Shown here piece after piece: positions 38,678 to 46,520 of a DNA stretch of 64,000 nucleotides. Where the stretch lies: the IMG/VR virus record IMGVR_UViG_3300022868_000009, positions 1 through 64,000 of that record, one strand, 5' to 3'. Numbering within the stretch: position 1 is the first letter of the stretch; each line of letters starts with the position of its first letter. The translations under genes were made by a program, and so were the position numbers. Below the pieces are notes generated by a model, which was not told the origin of the DNA, searched no databases, and saw nothing but the letters and a program-made list of their open reading frames with translations.

Positions 38678-38750
38678 AGGGGAAACTAGGACTCGAACCT
38701 AGGACACCTTGATTAACAATCAAGTACTCTACCAACTGAGTTATATCCCC
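38678..38750 (-). tRNA. tRNA-Asn (GTT)
   Basis: GGGGATA / ACTC-GAGT / CTTGA-TTGTTAA-TCAAG / CTAGG TTCGAGT CCTAG. Confidence 0.85.
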
Positions 38751-38831
38751 TGGTATAGGGCTAAAACCACTACCCTATCTTTGAAAGTTTACAAATCTAC
38801 CTGTGGTTAGGTCATAGAACTGCTCCTACAG

Positions 38832-38903
38832 TAGTCCGTAGGGGAATCGAACCCCTCTCTCTGGGCTGAAAACCCAACGTCCTGCGCAATAGACGAACGG
38901 ACC
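38832..38903 (-). tRNA. tRNA-Glu (TTC)
   Basis: GGTCCGT / TTGGG-TTTTCAG-CCCAG / AGGGG TTCGATT CCCCT. Confidence 0.85.
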
Positions 38904-38915
38904 ATAAATTACATG

Positions 38916-38997
38916 TAGCGGGTCTAGGAGTCGAACCTAGTATCTCGTGGGTTATGAGCCCAGAATGATTTATAATTATCCATTTCACTCCCCCGCA
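38916..38997 (-). tRNA. tRNA-fMet (CAT), initiator-like, enlarged D loop
   Basis: 1:72 T-T mismatch, GGG/CCC at the base of the anticodon stem, CTCATAA loop, CTAGG TTCGACT CCTAG. Confidence 0.75.
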
Positions 38998-39043
38998 ATA
39001 TAATTTCAATCTTTAAAAATTTATCAATATGTCAAAGAACTTG

Positions 39044-39117
39044 TGGGTATAGATGGATTCGAACCATCGACCTCTACCGTATCAGAGTAGCACTCTAACC
39101 AACTGAGCTATACACCC
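39044..39117 (-). tRNA. tRNA-Ile (GAT)
   Basis: GGGTGTA / GCTC-GAGT / CTACT-CTGATAC-GGTAG / GATGG TTCGAAT CCATC. Confidence 0.9.
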
Positions 39118-39118
39118 G

Positions 39119-39836
39119 TTATAATTTCAACCATTTTCTTATTGAATTATCACTAACACCATATTTTTTACCTACCTGTACATAATTACTTTCTTGAATT
39201 TCTTTCAATAAAATTTCTTTATTAGGTCTTTCTACTTTTCTGCTTTTTTCATGATAACATTCTACACATTGTTTTGATTGTCTTCATTTCATTACCACAT
39301 TCACAATAGTATTTTTTCTTTTCTTTTTTTTGATATTTTTGATATTTCTCTTTTTTTAAATCAGATTTATTAGATTTTGTTTTACTTTTACCACAATATG
39401 TGCTTGTCTGGCTATGACAATTTGGACATAATAATCTAAGATTTTCTAATCTATTATCTAAGTTATCACCATTTATATGGTCCAAATGTAAAGATATAGA
39501 TTTTCTTTTCCATTCATTTATTCCACATTCATCACATTTATATTCTAAAATATCTTCTTCAATAAGACGTTTTTTCAAAGAACCATTATTAGTATAAGTT
39601 GAATTTTCAACTAATATTTCATCCAACGAATAAGTTTTTGAAAAATTCTTAAAATTTTCACCTGTATTCCAACCTTGTCCTGTAAAATGTGATTTATCAA
39701 TATTATATAATTTAACATATTTTTTAATTGTTTTATAATTTCCACCTACTGGTCTTATGTCTAATTTTCTACAAACATCAGCAATTGAAAATGATTCTTT
39801 TACTATTTTCTCTAAATTATCTTTTTCATATTTCAT
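39119..39836 (-). pseudogene. HNH homing endonuclease, frameshifted before its C-terminal Zn/HTH domain
   Basis: LHLDHINGDNLDNRLENLRLLCPNCH in ORF 39249-39836; a shifted frame continues SKQCVECYHEKSRKVERP...KYGVSDNSIRKWLKL* to 39119, matching the C-termini of the other two HNH genes. Confidence 0.75.
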
Positions 39837-39931
39837 ATTAATATTTATTTTATATTATATATTAAAACTTAAAAGCTATATTTTTTAATGTAAATATACG
39901 TTTGATATATTTATATTAACTAAAAATAGTG

Positions 39932-40016
39932 TACCTGGAATGGGACTCGAACCCATACGACCATAAAGATCAATAGATTTTAAGTCTATCTCGGCTACCA
40001 ATTACGACACCCAGGC
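39932..40016 (-). tRNA. tRNA-Leu (TAA)
   Basis: GCCTGGG / ATAGA-CTTAAAA-TCTAT / long variable arm / ATGGG TTCGAGT CCCAT. Confidence 0.9.
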
Positions 40017-40235
40017 ATTTGTGTCTTATTTTATCATTATTAACGAATCCTTTTATAATTCATTCTTTCTTTTTTACCTTTTCTTTCTCTAATCAAATCG
40101 TGTTCAATTTCAATAGCGAATTTTAAGTATAACCACATATCTGAATTAGGTCTTTGTTTACTCATACCTAATCTATATTTAATTATTTTATTTCTAGTTT
40201 TTTTATTCATTTCTTTCCTTTCTTATATTTATTTG

Positions 40236-40315
40236 TACCTCTGGAGAGACTCGAACTCTCACACCTTTCGGCACTGGTGCCTAAAACCAGCGTGTCTACA
40301 TTCCACCACAGAGGC
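40236..40315 (-). tRNA. tRNA-Leu (TAG)
   Basis: GCCTCTG / CTGGT-TTTAGGC-ACCAG / GCCGAAAGGT variable arm / GAGAG TTCGAGT CTCTC. Confidence 0.9.
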
Positions 40316-40324
40316 ATATTTAAT

Positions 40325-40354
40325 AAAAAAGCCAGTTCTTTATTTTGAACTGGC
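40325..40354 (-). terminator. Intrinsic terminator of putative attenuator 1
   Basis: GCCAGTTC-AAAATAAA-GAACTGGC-TTTTTT, ending 10 nt upstream of tRNA-Leu(TAG). Confidence 0.75.
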
Positions 40355-40376
40355 TCTATAATTTAACAATAGTATA

Positions 40377-40442
40377 TTAGAGCCAGTCCCAGATTTCCTC
40401 TAGTAATAAATTAATAATCATATTTATATTTATATTCAACAT
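40377..40442 (-). CDS. Putative leader peptide 1 (MLNININMIINLLLEEIWDWL)
   Basis: 21-aa ORF with an A-rich upstream region; its last codons form the 5' strand of a 10-bp antiterminator. Confidence 0.6.
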   Translation of the reverse strand: MLNININMIINLLLEEIWDWL

Positions 40443-40474
40443 TTTTGTACTTTTTATTTTATTTTATTTTTTAG

Positions 40475-40546
40475 AGGCTCCGACTGAATTCGAATCAGTG
40501 TATCTAGTTTTGCAGACTAGTGCCTTAACCACTCGGCCACGGAGCC
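40475..40546 (-). tRNA. tRNA-Cys (GCA)
   Basis: GGCTCCG / CTAGT-CTGCAAA-ACTAG / U73 discriminator. Confidence 0.9.
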
Positions 40547-40557
40547 ATTATTTTTTG

Positions 40558-40652
40558 TGGGAGCCGAGGGACTCGAACCCCCCTACCGCAAAGTCCATTA
40601 CGACAATTTGTTGACGCGGATCGGTTTTACAGACCGATGCCGTTAGACTCCC
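40558..40652 (-). tRNA. Atypical tRNA-Tyr (GTA): no D arm, about 38-nt variable region
   Basis: Acceptor GGGAGTC/GGCTCCC plus A73; 8-nt linker TAACGGCA; TCGGT-CTGTAAA-ACCGA; GGGGG TTCGAGT CCCTC. Confidence 0.65.
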
Positions 40653-40658
40653 AAACTT

Positions 40659-41354
40659 TTACGACTTATTTTTTATTGTATTTTCATAAGTTTTTAACCA
40701 TTTTCTTATAGCATTATCACTAACACCATATTTTCTTCCAGTAGCAGAATAACCTACTCTTTTTATTTCTATTTTTAATTTTTCATAAGAAGGTCTTTCA
40801 ACTTTCCTGTTGTTTTTTGCTGAACATTTCACACACATTTTTGAATTTTTATGTATTTCATTACCACATTCACAATAATTTTTTTCTTTTTTCTTTTTTC
40901 TATTTTTACCAGCATGTGTATCTAATGTTGCATTACAATTAGGACATACAATCCTCAAATTTTCTATTTTATTATCATCATAAACACCATTCTTGTGATC
41001 CAAAATTAAACTCATTTTTTTACCATTCCATATTTCATCTTGTCCACATATTTCACATTTTCTTTCTTTTAAACCTTCATCATATAATCTTTCTTTTAAA
41101 TGTGTTCTACTAAATGTAGAATTTTCAACTAATATTTTTTCTAATGGTGTCTTATTTTTAGTTGATAAATATTTAATTTTATCATAACATTTAGTAAAAT
41201 GTGTTATATCCAAATCATACAACTCAATATATTTTTTCAATGTTTTAGGGTTACCACCAGCATTTCTTATTCCTAATTTTTCTAAACACTCTTTTTGTGT
41301 TTTAGATGTCTTAACTATTTCTTCAAGATTTTCTTTTGTCCATTTTAATTTCAT
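40659..41354 (-). CDS. HNH homing endonuclease with C-terminal Zn-ribbon/HTH
   Basis: LILDHKNGVYDDNKIENLRIVCPNCN, YCECG, KYGVSDNAIRKW. Confidence 0.85.
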   Translation of the reverse strand: MKLKWTKENLEEIVKTSKTQKECLEKLGIRNAGGNPKTLKKYIELYDLDITHFTKCYDKIKYLSTKNKTPLEKILVENSTFSRTHLKERLYDEGLKERKCEICGQDEIWNGKKMSLILDHKNGVYDDNKIENLRIVCPNCNATLDTHAGKNRKKKKEKNYCECGNEIHKNSKMCVKCSAKNNRKVERPSYEKLKIEIKRVGYSATGRKYGVSDNAIRKWLKTYENTIKNKS

Positions 41355-41414
41355 AAAAAAAAGTTTTCTTTTATATATTAAATCTCGAACCTCGTTTTTT
41401 CATTTTTTCATTTG

Positions 41415-41485
41415 TTGTCCCCAAAGGATTTAAACCCTTACCACAACCTTCAAAAGGTTATGTGCTATCATTACACCAGAGGACA
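41415..41485 (-). tRNA. tRNA-Gln (TTG)
   Basis: TGTCCTC / GTGT-GCAC / TAACC-TTTTGAA-GGTTG / AAGGG TTTAAAT CCTTT. Confidence 0.8.
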
Positions 41486-41512
41486 AAATATAATCTAAAA
41501 CTTATTTTCTAG

Positions 41513-41584
41513 CAGTCCATGGGAGATTCGAACTCCAACCTTTGCCGTGAAAAGCTGTAGTGCTACCATTACACCATGGGGCTA
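41513..41584 (-). tRNA. Degenerate tRNA (TTC loop, unpaired anticodon stem)
   Basis: GGTGTAATGGTAGCAC D arm and GGAG TTCGAAT CTCC T arm are present, but the anticodon and acceptor stems are mismatched. Confidence 0.5.
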
Positions 41585-41590
41585 ATTATT

Positions 41591-42286
41591 CTAAATCTTT
41601 TCGTATTGTTTTTTCCATTTCCTAATAGCATTATCACTAACACCATACTTTCTTCCTACACCACAATAACCTAATTCAACTATTTCTTTTATCAATTCTT
41701 TATATGTTGGTCTTTCTATTTTTCTCTGACTCTTAGATACACATTCTCTACATTTAATAGCAGATTTAGTAATCTCATTTCCACATTCACAATAATATTT
41801 CTTTTTCTCCGTAACGTAATTATATTTACTATTTCCAATATTCTTACCACCGTGTGTTTCTAAACCAGCATTACAATTTGGACAAACAATTCTAAGATTT
41901 TCTATTCTATTATCATTATTTACACCGTTTTTATGATCTAATATTAAACTGATTTTTACATCATTCCATTCTTCACCTTGATTACACAACTCACATTTTC
42001 TTTCTTTTAACCCTTCTTTGTATAATCTATCTTTTAAATTAGTTGTATAAGTATACGTCGAATTTTCTACTAATATTTCTTTTGTTTTTATTTTAGTAAA
42101 ATTACCACCATTACTATGAAACTTAAAATGTGTTATATCTAAATTATAAGTTTTAATATATTTTTTAATAGTTTGCCTATTTCCATAATATGGTTTTAAT
42201 CCTAAATTTCTAGCAACATCTGATAAATTACCAGATTCAGAAACTATTTTACTAAAATACTCTTTTTCATATCTATTTGTTTTCAT
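41591..42286 (-). CDS. HNH homing endonuclease with C-terminal Zn-ribbon/HTH
   Basis: LILDHKNGVNNDNRIENLRIVCPNCN, YYCECG, KYGVSDNAIRKW. Confidence 0.85.
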   Translation of the reverse strand: MKTNRYEKEYFSKIVSESGNLSDVARNLGLKPYYGNRQTIKKYIKTYNLDITHFKFHSNGGNFTKIKTKEILVENSTYTYTTNLKDRLYKEGLKERKCELCNQGEEWNDVKISLILDHKNGVNNDNRIENLRIVCPNCNAGLETHGGKNIGNSKYNYVTEKKKYYCECGNEITKSAIKCRECVSKSQRKIERPTYKELIKEIVELGYCGVGRKYGVSDNAIRKWKKQYEKI

Positions 42287-42365
42287 AAGATTTTATTTTT
42301 ATATATTAAAATCTTCGAACCCAAATTCAAATTAACCAACATTTCAATGAACCTTTATTTTCTTG

Positions 42366-42442
42366 CGGTCCCTACGGGATTCGAACCCGTCTGTTTTTCC
42401 TGAGTGACAGTCAGGTGGCCACGCCAAGCAACCCCAGAGACC
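42366..42442 (-). tRNA. tRNA-Asp (GTC)
   Basis: GGTCTCT / CCTGA-CTGTCAC-TCAGG / ACGGG TTCGAAT CCCGT / G73. Confidence 0.9.
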
Positions 42443-42590
42443 TTTCTATTATTTCTCAATTCTCTTTAATTTACTCGCTATTCTACGATTATCTCTTTTT
42501 AAATCTCTTAATTCTCTTGAAAGAAGAGCTTTTAATATTCTTATTTTTATATTTCTTGTTCTCATTTTATTTTCATTTTTTATATTAATC

Positions 42591-42618
42591 AAAAAAACCA
42601 GTCATAATTGACTGGTTT
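42591..42618 (-). terminator. Intrinsic terminator of putative attenuator 2
   Basis: AAACCAGTC-AATTAT-GACTGG-TTTTTTT. Confidence 0.7.
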
Positions 42619-42640
42619 AGCATATCATACGGATATAACC

Positions 42641-42730
42641 TTACCAGTCGAAGATTTGATCCTCCTGTAAATAATTATCAAGACATATAATGTCAAGATT
42701 TTCTATTTGATATGTTAAATTGTTTATCAT
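42641..42730 (-). CDS. Putative leader peptide 2 (MINNLTYQIENLDIICLDNYLQEDQIFDW)
   Basis: 29-aa ORF downstream of AATATATA (42797-42804); its terminal GACTGGT is complementary to the terminator 5' arm. Confidence 0.55.
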   Translation of the reverse strand: MINNLTYQIENLDIICLDNYLQEDQIFDW

Positions 42731-42900
42731 CGAATTTATTTATTTAATTCTTTTATTAATTTAATACTCAAAAGTTTTAAATTTTTATATCATTTTTATA
42801 TATTTAACTCAATAAGTCAAATTTTACCATTTTTGAACTTTTGTTATACAAATATAAGGAAATTTCCGAATAAATTAAAATTTTAGAACAAATTTTAAAA

Positions 42901-43164
42901 TTAAACTAGCCCTCTAATTAATATTTCTATTTCTTCATTATTTGTACAATCATTAATAAAATCTTGAATTAATGGTATATTAGTTATCATTTTTTTATTT
43001 TCAGAATTGTATACATCCCATAAATCATCACTTGTTACTTTTGCCCATTTAAAGAAAAATTTGAGAATTACTTTTAATTCACCAAATGAAACCTTCTCAT
43101 CTATATAATCCATATTGTTAGAATGTGCAAATTCATCAATATAAATCTCAAGTAAATTATTCAT
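42901..43164 (-). CDS. Hypothetical protein
   Basis: 87-aa ORF. Confidence 0.6.
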   Translation of the reverse strand: MNNLLEIYIDEFAHSNNMDYIDEKVSFGELKVILKFFFKWAKVTSDDLWDVYNSENKKMITNIPLIQDFINDCTNNEEIEILIRGLV

Positions 43165-43167
43165 AAT

Positions 43168-43743
43168 TTATTCTTCTTCCTCTTTTACTTCAATTTCAGT
43201 TTGTGTAGATCTCCAAGATTTAAGATAATCTATAGTTTCATCAATAATATTATCCATTTCTTGTTCAGATTCTTCTATAATTTTATTCTTTATTTCAATC
43301 ATTACCAAAAACTGTTTATTTTTCTCATTAATTAAAGAAACTTCTCTTTCTAAATCTTCAATTTTTTTCTCTTTTTGAATATTTATATTTTTTGCATATT
43401 CTTTTTGATGTTCAAGTTCTTCAGTTAATAAATCAATATCAGTACTTAATGAATCAGTTTGAACAATCAACGTTTTATTCTGCACATTTAAAACAGTGTT
43501 CTCAATTTCTGATTTTATTTTAAGATTATTATCAATAAAAACCTTTTTAACCCCTAATTGAGCAGTCAATCTCATTTTAGTATTTTTTATTTCATCTTCC
43601 TGATTTCTAAACAATCCTTTTTTAACATAATCAAATAATTCTCGACCATTTTCTGTTAACATCTTAACAATTAACCTATTCTCGCTTGTTTTGTATACTG
43701 TAAATTTTACTTTCATATTTTTATTTTTTAAGTTTAATATCAT
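43168..43743 (-). CDS. Hypothetical coiled-coil protein
   Basis: 191-aa ORF (start possibly the second Met). Confidence 0.65.
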   Translation of the reverse strand: MILNLKNKNMKVKFTVYKTSENRLIVKMLTENGRELFDYVKKGLFRNQEDEIKNTKMRLTAQLGVKKVFIDNNLKIKSEIENTVLNVQNKTLIVQTDSLSTDIDLLTEELEHQKEYAKNINIQKEKKIEDLEREVSLINEKNKQFLVMIEIKNKIIEESEQEMDNIIDETIDYLKSWRSTQTEIEVKEEEE

Positions 43744-43942
43744 ATTTATTCATTAATTCGCTGGCATATTCTGAAATATCTAATGTATCAGAATTAAGAA
43801 ATTCATCTACAATTTCTGTAACTATATCAATATATGGTTTCTTTTTTTGTATATCATCTTTCTTTGCAGCTTTTTCCATAATTTCTTTTTCAATTACTCT
43901 ATATTCTTTACTAACTCGGTGTTCTTTATCTTTAAATGGCAT
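43721..43942 (-). CDS. Hypothetical protein
   Basis: 73-aa ORF. Confidence 0.55.
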   Translation of the reverse strand: MPFKDKEHRVSKEYRVIEKEIMEKAAKKDDIQKKKPYIDIVTEIVDEFLNSDTLDISEYASELMNKYDIKLKK

Positions 43943-43961
43943 AATTTTATATTTTATAAGT

Positions 43962-44588
43962 TTATAATTCTTTAATTCTTTTTACATAATCAAACCAGAA
44001 TAAATAGTTTTTAACAAACTCTAAACTAGATTCATCATAATTGTTTTTAAATATTTTATATTTTATTTTATCTAAAAATAAGATTTCCTTAATTTTACTA
44101 ATAGACATTTGATTAGAAACTCTATTATCAAAATCTTCCTCGATCATATTTCTATTCTTGATTACAAGTTCTTTTCTCTTTTTATAATTTGCATCAATAA
44201 TTATAATTTCATCGAACATCTTATGAAGACCACCTTTCATCATGGTTGCGCTTTCAGATATAAATAAATCTTTTTTCAATGTGTATTCTGCGGTGTATCT
44301 TCTGTAATAAAACTTACGTATTAAAAAAGGTTTTAATAAACTTTCAAGTTGATTCAATTTTTGTTTATCATTGAATATAATACTTGATAACTTTTGTTTG
44401 TTTATTTCATCATCATTGTAAATATCTTTACCAAATATTTCAATAACGTGTTTTTTTACAGATTTATCATAATATAAAGCCTTTGCTTCATCATCAAAAT
44501 AGAAAACTTCTACATTTTCTATTTCAAATAACTCACAAATATGAGATTTACCGGAACCTATACCACCGGTTATACCAACTGTTTTCAT
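43962..44588 (-). CDS. coaE: Dephospho-CoA kinase
   Basis: MKTVGITGGIGSGKS, YFDDEAK, INKQKLSSIIFND, R...QM; ATG at 44588. Confidence 0.85.
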   Translation of the reverse strand: MKTVGITGGIGSGKSHICELFEIENVEVFYFDDEAKALYYDKSVKKHVIEIFGKDIYNDDEINKQKLSSIIFNDKQKLNQLESLLKPFLIRKFYYRRYTAEYTLKKDLFISESATMMKGGLHKMFDEIIIIDANYKKRKELVIKNRNMIEEDFDNRVSNQMSISKIKEILFLDKIKYKIFKNNYDESSLEFVKNYLFWFDYVKRIKEL

Positions 44589-44589
44589 A

Positions 44590-45627
44590 TTAAGGTAAAA
44601 ATTGATCTGAAAAATCACCATACTTCTTAATGGCTCTTATATCTGTTGAACTTATATATTCATACTCCTTGTCACAAGGAATATAAATTACTTTTAATTG
44701 TGGATACATCTTAGTCATATAAAACATCAATTTATTTTCTGCTTCTAAATCATATCCGTTTCTTAATCCTCTAATTAATGTTATATCACCTGTTTGTGAT
44801 TTTAAGAAATCAGTTAATAATCCATCATAATTTGTTACTTCTCTATACTTTAAAGTATATTTAAGATTATTTAATTCTTTATCAAACTGTTCTAAATTAA
44901 CATTTTTAGAATCATTTTTTCCTTTAGCCACAATAACTTTATCAAAGATTTTTTCTCCTTTTTCTAATATATTTAAATGACCTTTATGAAAAGGATTAAA
45001 TGAACCTCCATATACAGCAATTTTAGGTACTCTATTTTTGATAACTTCTATCAAAGAAGGTATATTATTAGATATAGCTAGACCACCAAGTTCTATATTA
45101 TTAGAAAGAAACTCTATTCTTTTCTCTTTATAAATTGAATAATTTGCAAATTGATATTCTTTCATTATCAATTTTTCTATTCTAATCATCTCTGCCAAAT
45201 TAGTTCTTAATGAAGATGTATCAATATTTGAAAATAATTCTTCTAATTTTGTTTCTGGTTTCATTGTTTCTGTAGCTCTAATTAAAGCAAAAACTTTATC
45301 TTTAAATATAGACATTTCTAATATTGATTTATTCCATATAGAATCTAAATAATTTAAAGATGATTCTTCCATTGAGAGACCATTATCTTTATTTTTACCA
45401 TCAACTAAATTCCAAGGTCTATAATCCCAGTCATGGAATATAGCCGCAATAGTCAAAATATCAAAATCTTTTTCATCTAATTCAAGTTCTTCAATTTTTA
45501 ATAACATTGGTTCCAGGTGATTTTCTAAATTATGGTAAAATCTCCATGGTTGAGTCCAAACTTCAATGACAGTTTTAGTATTTATTTCAATACCATATTT
45601 TTTAAATAATTTATCTACTGATATCAT
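44590..45627 (-). CDS. coaD: HD-domain protein fused to phosphopantetheine adenylyltransferase
   Basis: N-terminal RFYHNLENH...AAIFHD; C-terminal AVYGGSFNPFHKGH, LIRGLRNGYD..E, YISSTDIR. Confidence 0.85.
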   Translation of the reverse strand: MISVDKLFKKYGIEINTKTVIEVWTQPWRFYHNLENHLEPMLLKIEELELDEKDFDILTIAAIFHDWDYRPWNLVDGKNKDNGLSMEESSLNYLDSIWNKSILEMSIFKDKVFALIRATETMKPETKLEELFSNIDTSSLRTNLAEMIRIEKLIMKEYQFANYSIYKEKRIEFLSNNIELGGLAISNNIPSLIEVIKNRVPKIAVYGGSFNPFHKGHLNILEKGEKIFDKVIVAKGKNDSKNVNLEQFDKELNNLKYTLKYREVTNYDGLLTDFLKSQTGDITLIRGLRNGYDLEAENKLMFYMTKMYPQLKVIYIPCDKEYEYISSTDIRAIKKYGDFSDQFLP

Positions 45628-45965
45628 TTTTCTATGTAATTAAGTTTTTTTTCTTTGGGTTCTAATATATCTTCTGTAAATTGAAGTTCCTTTTCTGAAA
45701 AATATTCAGATTCTGTACTATTTGTAATAGTATCACCAGTATATAAATAATTATATACCTGTTTATCAACCATAAATATTCTAATAGTAGTTGGTGTTTT
45801 AATTGTTACTTGATATACTAATGAATCTTTTGAAATATCATGATAATTATATTCATAATCTATAATAACACCAGCTGGTAATTCATCTATACAAACTTTT
45901 CTAATATCTCTTACACATGACATTAATAAAAAGACTGATAATATTAATATTATATATTTTTTCAT
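45624..45965 (-). CDS. Putative lipoprotein
   Basis: MKKYIILILSVFLLMSC lipobox-type signal. Confidence 0.65.
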   Translation of the reverse strand: MKKYIILILSVFLLMSCVRDIRKVCIDELPAGVIIDYEYNYHDISKDSLVYQVTIKTPTTIRIFMVDKQVYNYLYTGDTITNSTESEYFSEKELQFTEDILEPKEKKLNYIEK

Positions 45966-46195
45966 AATTCTAATTTTTGTTTACGTGTTAATTGTTTAAT
46001 CCTGTATTCTTCTTTAGCCGCTTCTGATTTTGTTTCAAACTCCCAAAACTTATAGATTTTTACTGGTAATTTAGAACCTCTTAATAATTTTGATCCCTTA
46101 CCATTATTATGTGTTTCAATTCTTTTCTCTAAATTATTGGTAATTCCACAATATAAACTATCATCTGAGCAAGTAAGTAAATAAGTAAACCACAT
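45962..46195 (-). CDS. Small GIY-YIG nuclease (UPF0213/YhbQ-like)
   Basis: FTYLLTCSDDSLYCGITNNLEKRIETHNNGKG, EAAKEEYRIKQL. Confidence 0.85.
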   Translation of the reverse strand: MWFTYLLTCSDDSLYCGITNNLEKRIETHNNGKGSKLLRGSKLPVKIYKFWEFETKSEAAKEEYRIKQLTRKQKLEL

Positions 46196-46386
46196 TAATT
46201 TACTTCTATTTCATCACCAGTTATTGTAATTGTACAAGGAATTCCTAATCCTCTTACACCTTTTTCAACTTCTGCTTCATATTTTTCACCATTATATTCA
46301 AATTCTACAATATAACCAGACCAAATTCCAGAATACGTTCCATCAGGAACTTCTGTTTCTACTTTTACCATTTTTTTAATTTTCAT
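46195..46386 (-). CDS. Hypothetical protein
   Basis: 63-aa ORF coupled to its neighbour. Confidence 0.55.
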   Translation of the reverse strand: MKIKKMVKVETEVPDGTYSGIWSGYIVEFEYNGEKYEAEVEKGVRGLGIPCTITITGDEIEVN

Positions 46387-46520
46387 ATTTAAGTTCTTTT
46401 ATATATTCTTCTGTATTTTTAACTAATCTCTGATAAAATGTACTTTCAGGATTCTTTTCTAATTCTAATTTATATCTTTTTAAAGATTTTTCATAAATCT
46501 TAATCATCATACTATTGTTT

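Noticed and set aside
13217-38812. Short overlapping ORFs (13217, 17936, 18233, 18585, 19504, 19910, 22489, 24652, 26233, 26611, 31194, 31953, 32414, 32715, 35237, 36012, 36975, 38812)
   Set aside because: Antisense or off-frame to well-supported genes, or overlapping tRNAs; no recognisable motifs
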